Assembly (NCBI GenBank): GCA_950097015.1
Contig: CATNEN010000029.1
Location: forward strand, 8,432,001 to 8,496,000
DNA length: 64,000 nucleotides
Direction: 5' to 3'
Source of the DNA: Macrostomum hystrix
Taxonomy: Eukaryota > Animalia > Platyhelminthes
Below are positions 12,791 through 25,902 of this stretch, piece after piece. The position numbers and the translations under genes were made by a program. Each line of letters starts with the position of its first letter. Positions within the stretch are counted from its first letter, which is position 1. The notes beneath the pieces were generated by a model. That model worked only from the letters and a program-made list of their open reading frames with translations. It made no database searches and was not told the origin of the DNA.

Positions 12791-13385
12791 GCAGCGCAGT
12801 CTAATATGTTATTCGCAATGATACTACTGCAATAAAACAGATTATATGTGAACTAGATTAACTGCCTAGTCAGCAGCACAGCAGAGCCAACCATCGTGGG
12901 ATGAAAAACAGTCGTCCGAAAAAAAGCAACTAAAAATTGGAGAAAATAACGGGAACGTGATAAAATGCGGCCTGACAGAGGCTAATAAGGAAACCTAAAA
13001 AATATAGCCAGCATGCTCATTATCGTATCTTGCAGTGTTAGTTATAGGTTTGTCCAATATTTTCTGCTGTCTTAATTTGCATCTCTCTCACATACACACA
13101 CACAGTGCGCCTGGAGACAGGTCAGGATTGGGCCGTCCAACCAACCCCCGCAGAATGATGTCTAAAAGTACATTCTGTCTTTGGCAGTTTTATAAAGTTA
13201 TCCATCTCTCTGTTCTCTCTCAACCAACAAAAATCAATGGAGTCAATTTAATTAACTAATAGTCTGCTTACACACATGCTGTAGGCACATATGCTTACGG
13301 TATATAACTGCGCCTGCAGATTAAGGACTTGATGTGTATGATGAAAAATGACGATGGCATTGAAAATGACATCCCTTTGCATTTT

Positions 13386-14205
13386 GGGATGGTGACATTA
13401 TAACCTGGGGATCTGTGATGGTGACATTTTAACCTGAGGATGTGGGATGTAACAGCTTATCCTTGGGATCTGGGATGGTGTCAGCTTAACCTGAGGGTCT
13501 GTGATGGTGTCAGCTTAACCTGAGGGTCTGTGATGGTGTCAGCTTAACCTGAGGGTCTGTGATGGTGTCAGCTTAACCTGGGGATCTGTGATGGTGACAT
13601 TTTAACCTGAGGATGTGGGATGTAACAGCTTATCCTTGGGATCTGGGATGGTGTCAGCTTAACCTGAGGATCTGGGATGGTGTCAGCTTAACCTGGGGAT
13701 CTGTGATGGTGTCAGCTTAACCTGAGGATGTGGGATGTAACAGCTTATCCTTGGGATCTGGGATGGTGTCAGCTTAACCTGAGGATCTGGGATGGTGTCA
13801 GCTTAACCTGAGGATCTGGGATGGTGTCAGCTTAACCTGGGGATCTGGGATAATGTCAGCTTAACCTGAGGATGTGGGATAATGTCAGCTTAACCTGGGG
13901 ATCTGGGATAATGTCAGCTTAACCTGAGGATGTGGGATAATGTCAGCTTAACCTGAGGATCTGGGATGATGTCAGCTTAATCTGGGGATCTGGGATAAGT
14001 GTCAGCTTAAGCCTGAGGATGTGGGATGTGTAACAGCTTATCCTTGGGATCTGGGATGGTGTCAGCTTAACCTGAGGATCTGTGATGGTGTCAGCTTAAC
14101 CTGGGGATCTGTGATGGTGTCAGCTTAACCTGGGGGTCTGGGATGGTGTCAGCTTAACCTGGGGGTCTGTGATGGTGTCAGCTTAACCTGGGGGTCTGGG
14201 ATGAT
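13386..14205. repeat. 29-bp minisatellite (GGATGGTGTCAGCTTAACCTGAGGATCTG)n
   Basis: About 28 tandem copies. Confidence 0.95.
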
Positions 14206-15402
14206 GCTTGTGATTGACAATCCAAGCTAGTGCAGGCGCCCAGTTTTGCAGCTCGGTGGCCAGAAGTACAAGTACATTGCTCATAGACTCGAATTATTAG
14301 TTTTAATCTTGGGCTGAGATTCGAACTCCTGAAGTCTCAGAGTCAGAAGTAGGCAAAGATGAGCCAGACATGCTGTGGCACAAAGATGAACAAGCTTAAA
14401 CAAAAGTGATAATAATTTTCTTTCGTGTTACTAACTACTCGTACAACACATTTTGTAAGAAAAATGATGTAATCAAATTGACTTCCTCACTTCCTTAACA
14501 TTCTTAAGATACCAAATAATTAATGAAAAGCAGGGTTTTAGTAGTACTACTAACAGTAAGTAGTGTAGCTAAGCATATTGACACAATTTTCTGAGCGTAA
14601 AAATAACTAGTGCAGACTAACGATTAGAACAAGGTTATATTTCTCTTAATTTAAATTTCTATCGTTCAGTCCAGAGAGAATTAAAAAAATATAATATGGA
14701 GACAAAATACTGACAAATCATAATAAAAGAAGGAACTGAACACCGCTACAGTAAAGGCAGTATTGGAACAAAAATAATTCGACTCTGCTACTCCAGTGGA
14801 TGGCAGTTTCATTTGGTCTAAAAAATCAAAACAGATATGAAAAATTCTGATTTGTTAAATGGCACTGATTTGTATATTTTATTTAGACGTCAACGAATCA
14901 ATTAGATGTTATGAATTAAAATAGATAGCACGTTAATAATTAAACACACACGAGTGCATAATCATAGCGAATTGGGAACAACGCTAGGGATATCTTGTAT
15001 ATATCCCTATATATAGATATATAACGCAGATAATAAAACAACTAGTGCAACAATATCAAACTAAAAAAAGCACACATCACTTCTCAGTAGTATAGTAGGA
15101 GCATGCGCGTTCGAGTTTGTGCATTAGAAAATCTAGCCATTGATAAGGCAACAAAAGTATGCGGCAAGCTGGACTCTTTAATGGGTTAGTTGTTGCCATA
15201 GCAACAAGAATGTTTATCCTAGTTATTGATTCCTGGCACTATGACAATCTATCTGGTCTACATCTGATCTCTGATAACACATTTAATGCCACTAATAAGC
15301 ACCAATGAAAGGATTAACATTTGAGTCTTAATAATTAAAATTGGAAAATAGTGATACACACTGACACTGACACAAAGCCACATTTCCACGGCCCAGTTAG
15401 AT

Positions 15403-18244
15403 TCAATGATGATGATCTTCATCTTCGTCGGCTTCGTTCTTCAAATATTTTTCGTATTCAACCTGATTCATTAGCGATTTAAGTTCGTCCTTGTCGCTGA
15501 GGCTGACTTTGAAAATCCAGCCTAAAAGATGGTTGGTCATAGATTATCTACTCGTCGTAGATTCTAGTTATAAAAAAACTATGCAAAAATGTCTTAGAGA
15601 ACGAACGAACAAGAAGATTATATCAAGCGCCAATTAAATGAAATTCTAGAAGGACAATGCTTAAAATATATCTCAACAGTGTTGGACCCACCTGAGTATT
15701 GGCCACAAATAAGAACAGTCTGAGTACACCGAGAGTACTCAGTGGAAAATAGAGTTATTCCTTAAGTACAGCTTAACAATTCTGCGACTAGACCGAACTA
15801 TAATACAAGGGTACAAGCATTGTGTTCTACCAGTCCTAATTGTTGCACTTAATCTATTGCAGGCAAACTATTTTTTAAAAACTTCTTTAAAACAATTTTC
15901 TCGGAGATGACGCGAGTTTAATTTTAGCCCTTACCTAATAGAGCATTCTAGTAAATGTAGCTTCTAAATAAGCAAGACAGGTCGTTTAATGTGCAACATC
16001 CTGGTTGGCAGAATGTGACAGTTCTGGTTGGCAGAATGTGACAGTTCTGGTTGGCAGAATGTGACAGTTCTGGTTGGCAGAGTGTGACAGTTCTGGTTGG
16101 CGGAATGTGACAGTTCTAGTTGGCAGAATGTGGCAGTTCTAGTTGGCAGAATGTGACAGTTCTGGTTGGCAGAATGTGACAGTTCTAGTTGGCAGAATGT
16201 GGCAGTTCTAGTTGGCAGAATGTGACAGTTCTGGTTGGCAGAATGTGACAGTTCTGGTTGGCAGAGTGTGACAGTTCTGGTTGGCAGAATGTGACAGTTC
16301 TGGTTGGCAGAATGTGACAGTTCTGGTTGGCAGAGTGTGACAGTTCTGGTTGGCAGAATGTGGCAGTTCTAGTTGGCAGAATGTGACAGTTCTGGTTGGC
16401 AGAATGTGACAGTTCTGGTTGGCAGAGTGTGACAGTTCTGGTTGGCAGAATGTGACAGTTCTGGTTGGCAGAATGTGACAGTTCTGGTTGGCAGAATGCG
16501 ACAGTTCTGGTTGGCAGAATGTGACAGTTATGGAAGGCAAAGTGTGACAGTTCTGGTGGGCAGAATGTGACAGTTATGGACTTATGGTGGGCATAATGTG
16601 ACAGTTATGGACTTATGGTGGGCAGAATGTGACAGTTCTGGGAGGTAGTATGCAACAGTTCTGAAAGGCAGTTACATTAAAAAAGCAGTTCTGCCAAGAA
16701 TTAAAATTCAAATCTTACCCTTCTCAAGTGGGGACTTGTTGATTAGGGCACAGTCACTCTCCAGCGCCTTGTTAACCTCTGTGACAGTGCCTGAGACGGG
16801 AGAGTAAACCTCGCTGGCTGCCTTCACTGACTCAACAGCTGCCACATCCTCTGCAAATAGTGAATTTGAAACAGTAGTTGCAGATAAGCAGCCCTAAAGA
16901 TAAACAGAAAACCCACTGAAAGCAGCATGGTGAAGAGAGCTGGTCAAAGAGGGTCTAAACAATTAGCATGAAAAAACAATTTATTTACCATTCATTTCTA
17001 TGACTCGATCCACTTCAGGCAGTTGCACAGTAGACAACATCGCCAAGCTTCTCTTGGGCATAGTTGGAGATGCCAACACGGGCCAGCGAATTGGATTCTA
17101 AGATAACATACTCGTGCTTCTTGCTGTAGTACACATCTAAAAAAATTCAAACAGTAAGTTTTGGATTAAATATTAAACTTTTTACTAGCTGCATCAGTCA
17201 TAGGACAATACAATAACAAACAAATATTATTATATGGTCTATATGGAAAAATGTGAAGAAATAATTATCACATGAATAAAACTTGCTTTTTCATTGTATA
17301 ACTTAAGGCCCTTATATGTCAATAACAAATGCTACATTGATTGGTAATGCTAGCTTTAATAGTAGCTCATGTAAGTAAATAGAAGTAAACCTAATCTCAA
17401 TAATTATAAATGAGAACTAAATTAGTTAGAGCTACTAATTCAAGTCTTTCAAGAGAAAATAGAAAAAAAAACTGACAAAAAATTGTACATTAACAAAAAA
17501 CTGAAACAATTTGCAACTTAAAGCATTGGTTTTATTACACAGAAAGGGTAAAAAAGTAATCACTTAAATATAAGTCTGTTGTAGGTATAATAGCAAAATA
17601 GTCTAATACAATAAATATAAATAGGAACAAAAGTACTGATAAAAAAATTAAGAAAAGTCTTAATTTATATATTATTTTTAGCTATATCAATAGGCAGGCA
17701 GCCTAATATTATAAAAAAGTATTGACATGACCTGTATATGACATATGAGATACATTTTTTGTAGACCAAGGCTATTAATGTGCTTTTTACTGAATTGTTA
17801 AGATAATATTAGTAAATATAACTGGTAATGTAAATAGTTCAAGCTAGTAGAAACACTACATTTATTTCATGTTTCTTCAACATTTTCATTCTACAAAAAT
17901 AAGCAGAAAGTGACTGACACAACCAAACTCTGTCTAGGATTCTAGAAATAATTTGCACTTGAATCAAACCAAAGGTGGTGTAGTAATCCCTGTAGCATAT
18001 AAATTATTTTAGTAAATAATAATAATAATAATTTACATAAACATTTTCTCAAAAAGAAAGAGTTTAAGTAGTAAATCAATTAACAATTTTTTAATAAACT
18101 ACCTGAATATTTTCGAGTTTGTTGTAGGATAGAAATAGCTCCACTGCTTTCATTTAAAATAGCTGAACACTTAAAACTCTTAGCAAGTGAAGCCAGGCGC
18201 ATGGACTGTCGGCTAAATGTAGCAAAAGAAAGGAGGGAGTTCAT
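15403..18244 (-). CDS. GCSH: Glycine cleavage system H protein, mitochondrial; exons 18244-18103, 17136-16989 (one extra base near 17027), 16850-16719, 15521-15403
   Basis: Transit-peptide-like [22 protein letters not shown]...; YYSKKHEYV...[22 protein letters not shown]; lipoyl motif [22 protein letters not shown]; GWIFKV...[19 protein letters not shown] boundaries with phase-1 introns. Confidence 0.95.
16001..16660. repeat. 23-bp minisatellite (CTGGTTGGCAGAATGTGACAGTT)n
   Basis: Tandem copies in the last GCSH intron. Confidence 0.96.
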
Positions 18245-18379
18245 TTTCAAAATTCGGCTCAATAAACTTTCTACAACAAAAAGCCACTTAAGCCAAGGGC
18301 CCAACTAAAAAAAGAAATATAAGAGTAGGGTCAAATGCAGAATAAGAGAATAAGCGAAAATAAAGTTTCTTTGCAATTA

Positions 18380-18520
18380 ATTGTCACTTGTGTATATATG
18401 CATACATATATAGTTTTCGGTGCGATCGACGTACGTACGTACGTGCGTGAAATTGTTGAGTTGATCGTAGTTCACATTCGCGTGCCCTTTCAGAAACCCT
18501 AGAGCAATATATATAACGTC
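18380..18520. promoter_or_regulatory. Candidate bidirectional promoter between head-to-head GCSH and synaptogyrin
   Basis: CpG-rich island in AT-rich DNA between ATGs about 950 bp apart; palindromic (ACGT)4 at 18429-18444. Function inferred from position only. Confidence 0.4.
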
Positions 18521-19192
18521 TCTTGTTGAATGCAATACTTATTCTTTATAATGTTCAATGACTTTATCTTGGCTTTTATTTTAATGATTACAGATTATTA
18601 TCCGGCATAAATTGGTAAAACTTATAGGAATGTATTTTGTATTTTATTAAAAGTAAATTACTTGTACTATGGCGCTAAATCCTAATATTAAAACAAGTAT
18701 TTGAATTAATTCTCTCTTTCATGTTTCGTGCTTCTGGTTATTTGTGGGGCTTCTAAAACAAAAAGGAGAATTTTTATAACGGTTATCAAAACAAAAATTT
18801 TACTCTTTTTGCTCATCGAGTAAAATAAAGCAAGAGCTAGATAGTTATATTTTTGCTTAAATATAAAGTAGTACTTATTCATATAAAGGTGTGGAGAAGT
18901 AGGACTCGATTTTTTTAGAGATGCACGCAGAACTTTCAATACGGAAATTACCCAAGCGAATATAACAAACTATTGCTTCCTGCATAAAAGCATGCAAAAA
19001 ATATATACTCTTTCTTGTAAATTACCCAAACATGTATGTTCCGTATTATGCCTGTGTTGATATTGTCTTTTAAAAATGTGAGTCGTTGTATTATTTTAAC
19101 AGCAATTTCCTCCTGTCTGTTTGATGTATTTTTCGAATGTTATGTTCTGATATATAATTAATTCTATTTTGTTTGCCAATAATCAGCGATCA

Positions 19193-20309
19193 ATGGCTTC
19201 CTCACAGAATGTTTACGGCGCTGGACCAGCCGTTGGTCTTAACTATGAATTTAACCCGGTTACATTTTTAAAGCAGCCTTCCACAATCCTGAGACTAATT
19301 TCTTGGGTAAGTGCATGCCATGCCACTGCATGGATTTGAATAGTTCGAGAAAGTTTTTTTCACAAATTATTTTTGTCTTTAAAGCAGCTTGATTTTGCAG
19401 AAATATCAATTCACCCCAATTGTTTATGCCTATATTATAATTAACTATTTTTTGCTTTAAATTAATCTGTGGCAAAAAGTCAAGTAAATACCAAGTCTAA
19501 TTGCGATCTGTCTATTGACAAGTATAATCAACTTTGCAGATATTCTCCATAGTAGTTTTCGGCTGCATCAGCAGCGGCTGCTACGTTGAACAATTTTGCA
19601 TATTCAAGCTGGACAACAATGCTTGCGCCTTTGGCATCTTTGTTGGAGCTGTGGCATTTGTGGCCAGCATTGCCTTTATCGCTTTAGACGTTTTCCTTCC
19701 AAGAATCTCTTCAGCGCAGACAAGAAAATATGCCGTGCTAGCTGATATAATATTTTCTTGTGAGTTACTGCAGAGACGTTTCAAATCTATACGAAAGATT
19801 CGAGCAATCAAATGATCATATATGTTTATTTATTATTTATTATATGCAGCTTATGTGGGCCTTCTTCTACTTTGTGGCCTTCTGCTATTTGACCAATCGT
19901 CTGACGACGACGTCCGATGTCATGCTGGTGGTGTTATTCATCCAGCCGTGGCAGCTTAACAATGCTAGGGCCAGTATTGCTTTCAGCTTTCTGTCTATTG
20001 TTTCTTTTGGCTTGCTGGTCTTCTTTGCTGTACAAAAATATCGACAGGGACAGCAGGAGGCGTTTCCTAGTTCGGCTCAGGTGAGGCAGCAAACTAACCT
20101 TTTATTTATTAAAACGGCCCATTTAAGAACAGCCTATTCTACAATTATTTTACGTTGTTTTATTTTTCTAGATCGAGTCCGAGGTAGCCGCATCCGGCAG
20201 TCAGGAGTCGCAGCAGCAGTCGAAGCCTGATCCTGGCTATCAGGAGCGGCCATTTAGCTTTGCTGGCGAGAGTGGCAGTCAGGACCAGTATAGGCAGCCG
20301 GCCTACTAA
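19193..20309 (+). CDS. SYNGR: Synaptogyrin (MARVEL domain); exons 19193-19306, 19540-19759, 19850-20080 (phase mismatch of one base at the exon 2/3 junction), 20172-20309
   Basis: YGAGPAVG...FLKQPSTILRLISW|IFSIVVFGCISSG...NACAFGIFVGAVAF...DIIFS|MWAFFYFVAFCYLTN...ARASIAFSFLSI...QKYRQG|...GYQERPF...YRQPAY*; typical synaptogyrin N-terminus, four TM segments and Tyr/Pro tail. Confidence 0.93.
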
Positions 20310-20989
20310 AAGTAGAGAGAGCTTGTTGAATGTGTGAAATGCCAAAGATTCAGTTTTAAAAAAAAACTAGCTAAAGTGTGGCTATTTTTAATAGTTCTTT
20401 TGTTTGAAAACTTTTTATGACAATGAGCTGTGTAGTCACACTACTTCGAGTAGCGTGGTCGTTTAGCGTACATCAATGGATGCATTATGTTTTTAGCCGA
20501 CTGAAGTTTTATTCCTTAATATCCACGTCTCTTCCATTGATTATTTACTGAATACTTTTACATTCTTATAATGAATTGTCTTCTTCCTTTTTTGAAAAAT
20601 AATAAGTATTTGCGTGTTTTAATTTGCTTTTCATGACCGTGTTAAATGTTAAATGTGCTAAAGTGCTACTTTAATGTTTATTTAGCTTTAGTTTACCCAA
20701 TCCAGCCTTGCTGCGATAATTTTACAAATAGGCTTTGCAAACAGCTGCTGTCTGTGTTAGATAGAAATTCACTTCAAATTTATTCTCATCATTTTCATCC
20801 TTATATAACATAAAAAATATACAACGACGCTTAAAACATTTTTATTGCTTTTTAGCTAGAAAATATAGCACTTGCGATAATGATGGATGGCATTAAAACT
20901 TTATAATCTGCGTTACAACTGCTTTTAATAATTTCTAATCGAAAGCACAGTTTACAATACCGTGTTACTAATCTCCCAATTCAGGATTC

Positions 20990-22090
20990 CCTAATTTCCC
21001 TAATCTGGATTAAACTTTCCCTAATCTGGATTACAGTTTTCTAATCTGGATTACAGTTTTCTAATCTGGATTACAGTTTCCCTAATCTAGATTACAGTTT
21101 TCTAATCTGGATTACAGTTTCCCCATTCTGGATTACAGTTTCCCCATTCTGGATTACAGTTTTCTAATCTGGATTACAGTTTCCCCATTCTGTATTACAG
21201 TTTCCCCATTCTGGATTACAGTTTTCTAATCTGGATTTCAGTTTCTCCATTCTGGATTTCAGTTTCCCCATTCTGGATTACAGTTTCCCCATTCTGGATT
21301 ACAGTTTTCTAATCTGGATTACAGTTTCCCCATTCTGTATTACAGTTTCCCCATTCTGTATTACAGTTTTCTAATCTGGATTTCAGTTTCTGCATTCTGG
21401 ATTTCAGTTTCCCCATTCTGGATTACAGTTTCCCCATTCTGGATTACAGTTTTCTAATCTGGATTACAGTTTCCCCATTCTGTATTACAGTTTCCCCATT
21501 CTGGATTACAGTTTTCTAATCTGGATTTCAGTTTCTGCATTCTGGATTTCAGTTTCCCCATTCTGGATTACAGTTTCCCCATTCTGGATTTCAGTTTCCC
21601 CATTCTGGATTTCAGTTTCCCCATTCTGGATTACAGTTTTCTAATCTGGATTACAGTTTCCCCATTCTGGATTACAGTTTCCCCATTCTGTATTACAGTT
21701 TCCCCATTCTGGATTTCAGTTTCCCCATTCTGGATTACAGTTTCCCCATTCTGGATTTCAGTTTCCCCATTCTGGATTACAGTTTCCCCATTCTGGATTA
21801 CAGTTTCCCCATTCTGTATTACAGTTTCCCCATTCTGGATTACAGTTTTCTAATCTGGATTACAGTTTCCCCATTCTGGATTACAGTCTCCCTAATCTGG
21901 ATTACAGTTTCCCCATTCTGGATTTCAGTTTCCCCATTCTGGATTTCAGTTTCCCCATTCTGGATTACAGTCTCCCTAATCTGGATTACAGTTTCCCCAT
22001 TCTGGATTACAGTCTCCCTAATCTAGATTACAGTTTCCCTTATCTGTATTAAAGGTTCTCTATTCCGGATTTCAGTTTCCATAATCTGGA
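20990..22090. repeat. 21-bp minisatellite (CTGGATTACAGTTTCCCCATT)n
   Basis: About 50 tandem copies. Confidence 0.96.
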
Positions 22091-22294
22091 TTATAATTTC
22101 TACATGCACCTAAAAAATGAAAAATGTTTCATCATTTTTGGTATTTATTGTTACAGTGGAGTAGTTTAAGTTATAACTGTTTTTGACGAAACTGCAGAAA
22201 GCTAGCCAGTGTTAAATCAGGAAAAATTGTTAAGCATTTGTGGAATTAAATTTTTCAATTAACTAGCAGGGGATAGTTAATGAGTAGGAGGGGA

Positions 22295-23378
22295 TCACGG
22301 TCCCACCAGGCGGTGCGCCAGCTCCGCATAGTCTAGCAGTCCCTGATCGTCGACAAGGTGCTCCAGCATTCGTTCCACATCGGCCTCGTCGATAGGCTCG
22401 CCAAGGCTGGTCAGCCAGTGGCGCAGGTGGCTGGCGTTGATTCGCCCAGTCGACGGCTTGTCGAAGACAGCCAAAGCGGCTCGCAGCCGCTTGAAGTCGT
22501 CGTCAGCTTCCCCGCTGACGCTGCCGAGCTCAAAACGGGCCTGTCAGTTTGATAAAGGCTTCCCTGAAGTTTCACTTCCCAGAAGTAAGTTTCACTTCCC
22601 TGAAGTTTCACTTCCCTGAAGTTTCACTTCCCTGAATTTTCAGTTCCCTGAAGTTTCAGTTCCCTGAAGTTTCAGTTCCCTGAAGTTTTAGTTCCCTGAA
22701 GTTTTAGTTCCCTGAAGTTTCAGTTCCCTGAAGTTTCACTTCCCTGAAGTTTCACTTCCCTGAAGTTTCAGTTCCCTGAAGTTTTAGTTCCCTGAAGTTT
22801 CACTTCCCTGAAGTTTCAGTTCCCTGAAGTTTCACTTCCCTGAAGTTTCAGTTCCCTGAAGTTTCACTTCCCTTGAAGTTTCACTTCCCTGAAGTTTCAC
22901 TTCCCCGGAGTTCACTTCCCTGAAGTTTTACTTCCCTGAAGTTTCACTTTCCTGAAGTTTCACTTCCCTGAAGTTTCACTTCCCTGAAGTTTCACTTCCC
23001 TGAAGTTTCACTTCCCTGAAGTTTCACTTCCCTGAAGTTTCACTTCCCTGAAGTTTCACTTCCCATTCCCATTTAGTAAAATTCGCAAACCTTGGCGGCC
23101 AGCGCCAAGAATTTCTCGGCGCTAATGCTGCCAGTTCCAGCCGGATCCGCTTCGGTTCTGTACTGCGCCACCTCCGCCTCAGTCACCACGAAGCCGGCCA
23201 GTCTGAGGGCGTCGCCCAGCTGACCAGTTGAGATGGCGGTGCCGCGGCGTCGAGAAACTGACCGAAACGCGGCTAGCCAGGCCTCGCGAGTCGCTGAATC
23301 CACCGGCTGGGGCGGAGGCGTCTCTGGCGATTCGTTCGAGTCGTTGGTTTCGTCGGTGTCGCTTCCGGCGTTGTCTGC
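22295..23378 (-). CDS. Calmodulin/myosin-light-chain-like EF-hand protein; exons ~23378-23091 and 22540-22295; first exon not fixed
   Basis: AWLAAFRSV...ISTGQLGDALRLAGFVVTEAEV...EADPAGTGSISAEKFLALAAK|...LRAALAVFDKPSTGRINASHLRHWLTSLGEPIDEADVERML...GLLDYAELAHRL*; phase-0 GT/AG intron. An in-frame stop upstream implies a further 5' exon. Confidence 0.85.
22561..23064. repeat. 16-bp minisatellite (CCTGAAGTTTCACTTC)n
   Basis: Fills most of the EF-hand gene intron. Confidence 0.96.
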
Positions 23379-25902
23379 TTGGGTTTAGGGCAAAGTCACG
23401 GAGCTGGGCATTGTACAAGTTACAATACTCCGCTTCACGTCCATATATTTTATTGCTCTAGTAAATTACTACGTATTGCTAGAAAAAAAGTCGATTTAAA
23501 CGGTCGCTTGACAGCGTTGTACAGCTGTTCAGTCCATGGACTGGGGGAACGGGTGGCAAGCCCATCCTCAATTACCCAAGTTAATGCTGGAACTGAAGCC
23601 ATGCAGAGTTTGTCTTAATGTCTAGCTAATGGATAAAAATTTTTCCAGCGGAGCTGGGAATCGAACCCATTACCTTCGAGTCGTAATTGTCACTTATTTG
23701 TATTTCTCATTGGGTTGCTGGGTATGACTCGACCGTAGAAAAATAATTTAAACGTATGAAAATTATCGGTACTTTCTTTGTTCAATAAAACGTCTAAATA
23801 GAAGCTAAAATTTTCTAAAGCAAGTTTAAGCAACATTTTTTGTTTTATTCATCAGATACATTTACATATACTAAATTAAAGTATGCGAAAATTATAATTA
23901 CACTGTAAAAAGCTATAGCCAACTGCAGCTGTACATGTTGCACCATTAGTCGGTCTTACCTATTTGGAGTCTCCCTAGCGCTGTCTCCAAGCCCTGCTCC
24001 TCTTGTGCCATTCGAATCAATTAAGCGTCTGATCAAATAATTTGCAACTATTGGTTGTATTTAGAAACTCGAATTGCTTTCGGAAAATTTATATTTTTTT
24101 GTCGAATTACACTGACAGGTCTATATACTATCGCTTTCTCTCTTACCATTTTTCCTTTAGTCAATGTTCGTTGCAAGCTAGATTTCTTTTCTATATAACG
24201 TATTGTACAGGCAGCTTATCAGGCCATGCAATGCCTCCGATACACAGGCGCGCGTCTCTTCAATTTTTATATATCTTTCTCTTTCTGGGAAAAAAAGTAT
24301 AAAAGGCTTTATGCAGTTGTTGATTGTGCTAGAATTAAACAGACTAGAAAAAATATTTATATAATAACTATAACAAACTCGCCATATTTAAATATGCATA
24401 ATCGGCTCAATAATTGCCCACTTTATATGGCTCTGTATTAAAATTTTCAGGCACGAAAGTAATGAAGCCCTATTGACAAAATTTTGGTAACACGCGAGAC
24501 CAGAGTTAATTTTTATTCTGTTGCCAGAGCTGCTAAATTCCTCAACGAAGTCATCTGATGTCCGGAGCTGGACTTGACCTACGCTCGACGGAAAGTATAA
24601 GATGCATGACGACGATATAAAAATCGTGTCTCAATGAAATCTAAGCATATAACTAGTCCGTAACTTGACTTCTAAATATTTTATAGCAAAAAGTATCGTC
24701 GATAAGGACTGCTGTAGTACAATAAACTGCCTACAGCGCTCCTCGATGGAGATGTAGCATGTTGATGCCGCTAGAGTCCCTAGTGGTCACTGGTTGATGC
24801 GGAAATGACCGTGAAATCATTTTACAGGTTTGTAATCAATAAACACACATAGGCTATTTATTTAAATTGAATCGCTTTTAATGGAACGGAATTTCAAAGG
24901 GAAAATGACAAAAACAAAAAGTTCAATTTCAACACCAATACTATTTGTTAATTTCTTTGTAACTACTTACGCTTTTGCTTTTCCGATATTTAATTCTTCA
25001 TTAATGACATATTTTATAACATTGAGGCATTGAGCAGCAATAAACTTCAAGATCGCATTGATAAAATTTCGAACGAAAAAAACCTTTTTAAAGTAAACAT
25101 ATAACAAATAATTAATTAAATAACTTTTTTGCGTATTAACTTAATAAAACATTAGATTCAAAAGTTTTGAAAGTAAAAAAACATTTGACTGAGACAAATC
25201 TTATGTTTCAATATTATTGTGCTTTACTGTTTTTACTGTTATTAGGCTACAAATAGTATAATTGTTTCATCGCAAATATAATTAAATTAATATTATCATC
25301 CATTTACTATTGATCGAAAAGATGAAGAATAATTATCGAAAATCTATTTTTCTGGGACCGATTCGACTTTTTCATGTCGAATAGGTCCCAAAGCTAGCTT
25401 TACTTTTTTAGATTTTAACAAAGCTAGTCTAGAGTATTGAGTATGATATTCTTATTTTTTTACTTTTTTAACAGAAAATGTATTGCTTTCAGACTTTTTC
25501 ATTAATTTGTATGGTTATGCTGATTTAGTGATATTTTGTACTTGTTTTCTATTTCATTATCTTTCTTCTAAATTGCTATTTAGTGGTGTATGCTGATTGT
25601 TATCGGTAGGCTGGCTCAGAAATAGCAAATACATGAAGCAGAGAATTTAGCAATAGTCAGTAAATTATATTTTTACTTTTTAGTCGCTGGTGCGCGCTAC
25701 TTTTAACAACAGAATAAAGTTAGATTTATTCAATAAGCTCGTCAACAAAACGTTTTATTTTGTTAATCTATTAAAGCGCTACGAATATACGAGCTATTTT
25801 ACTCGTACAACCAAAATTTGTTTTTCAGATTTTATATTGTTCCTGACATTGGCGATCGACTGGAGCAGGAGGTTAGGAATCCAAGACAAAAATTTCTCAG
25901 AC

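Noticed and set aside
14310-14350. B-box-like GTTCGAATCTC on the minus strand
   Set aside because: No cloverleaf can be built.
23650-23745. tRNA-like GGTTCGATTCCCAGC on the minus strand
   Set aside because: A box and D arm are not recognisable; at most a SINE or tRNA remnant.
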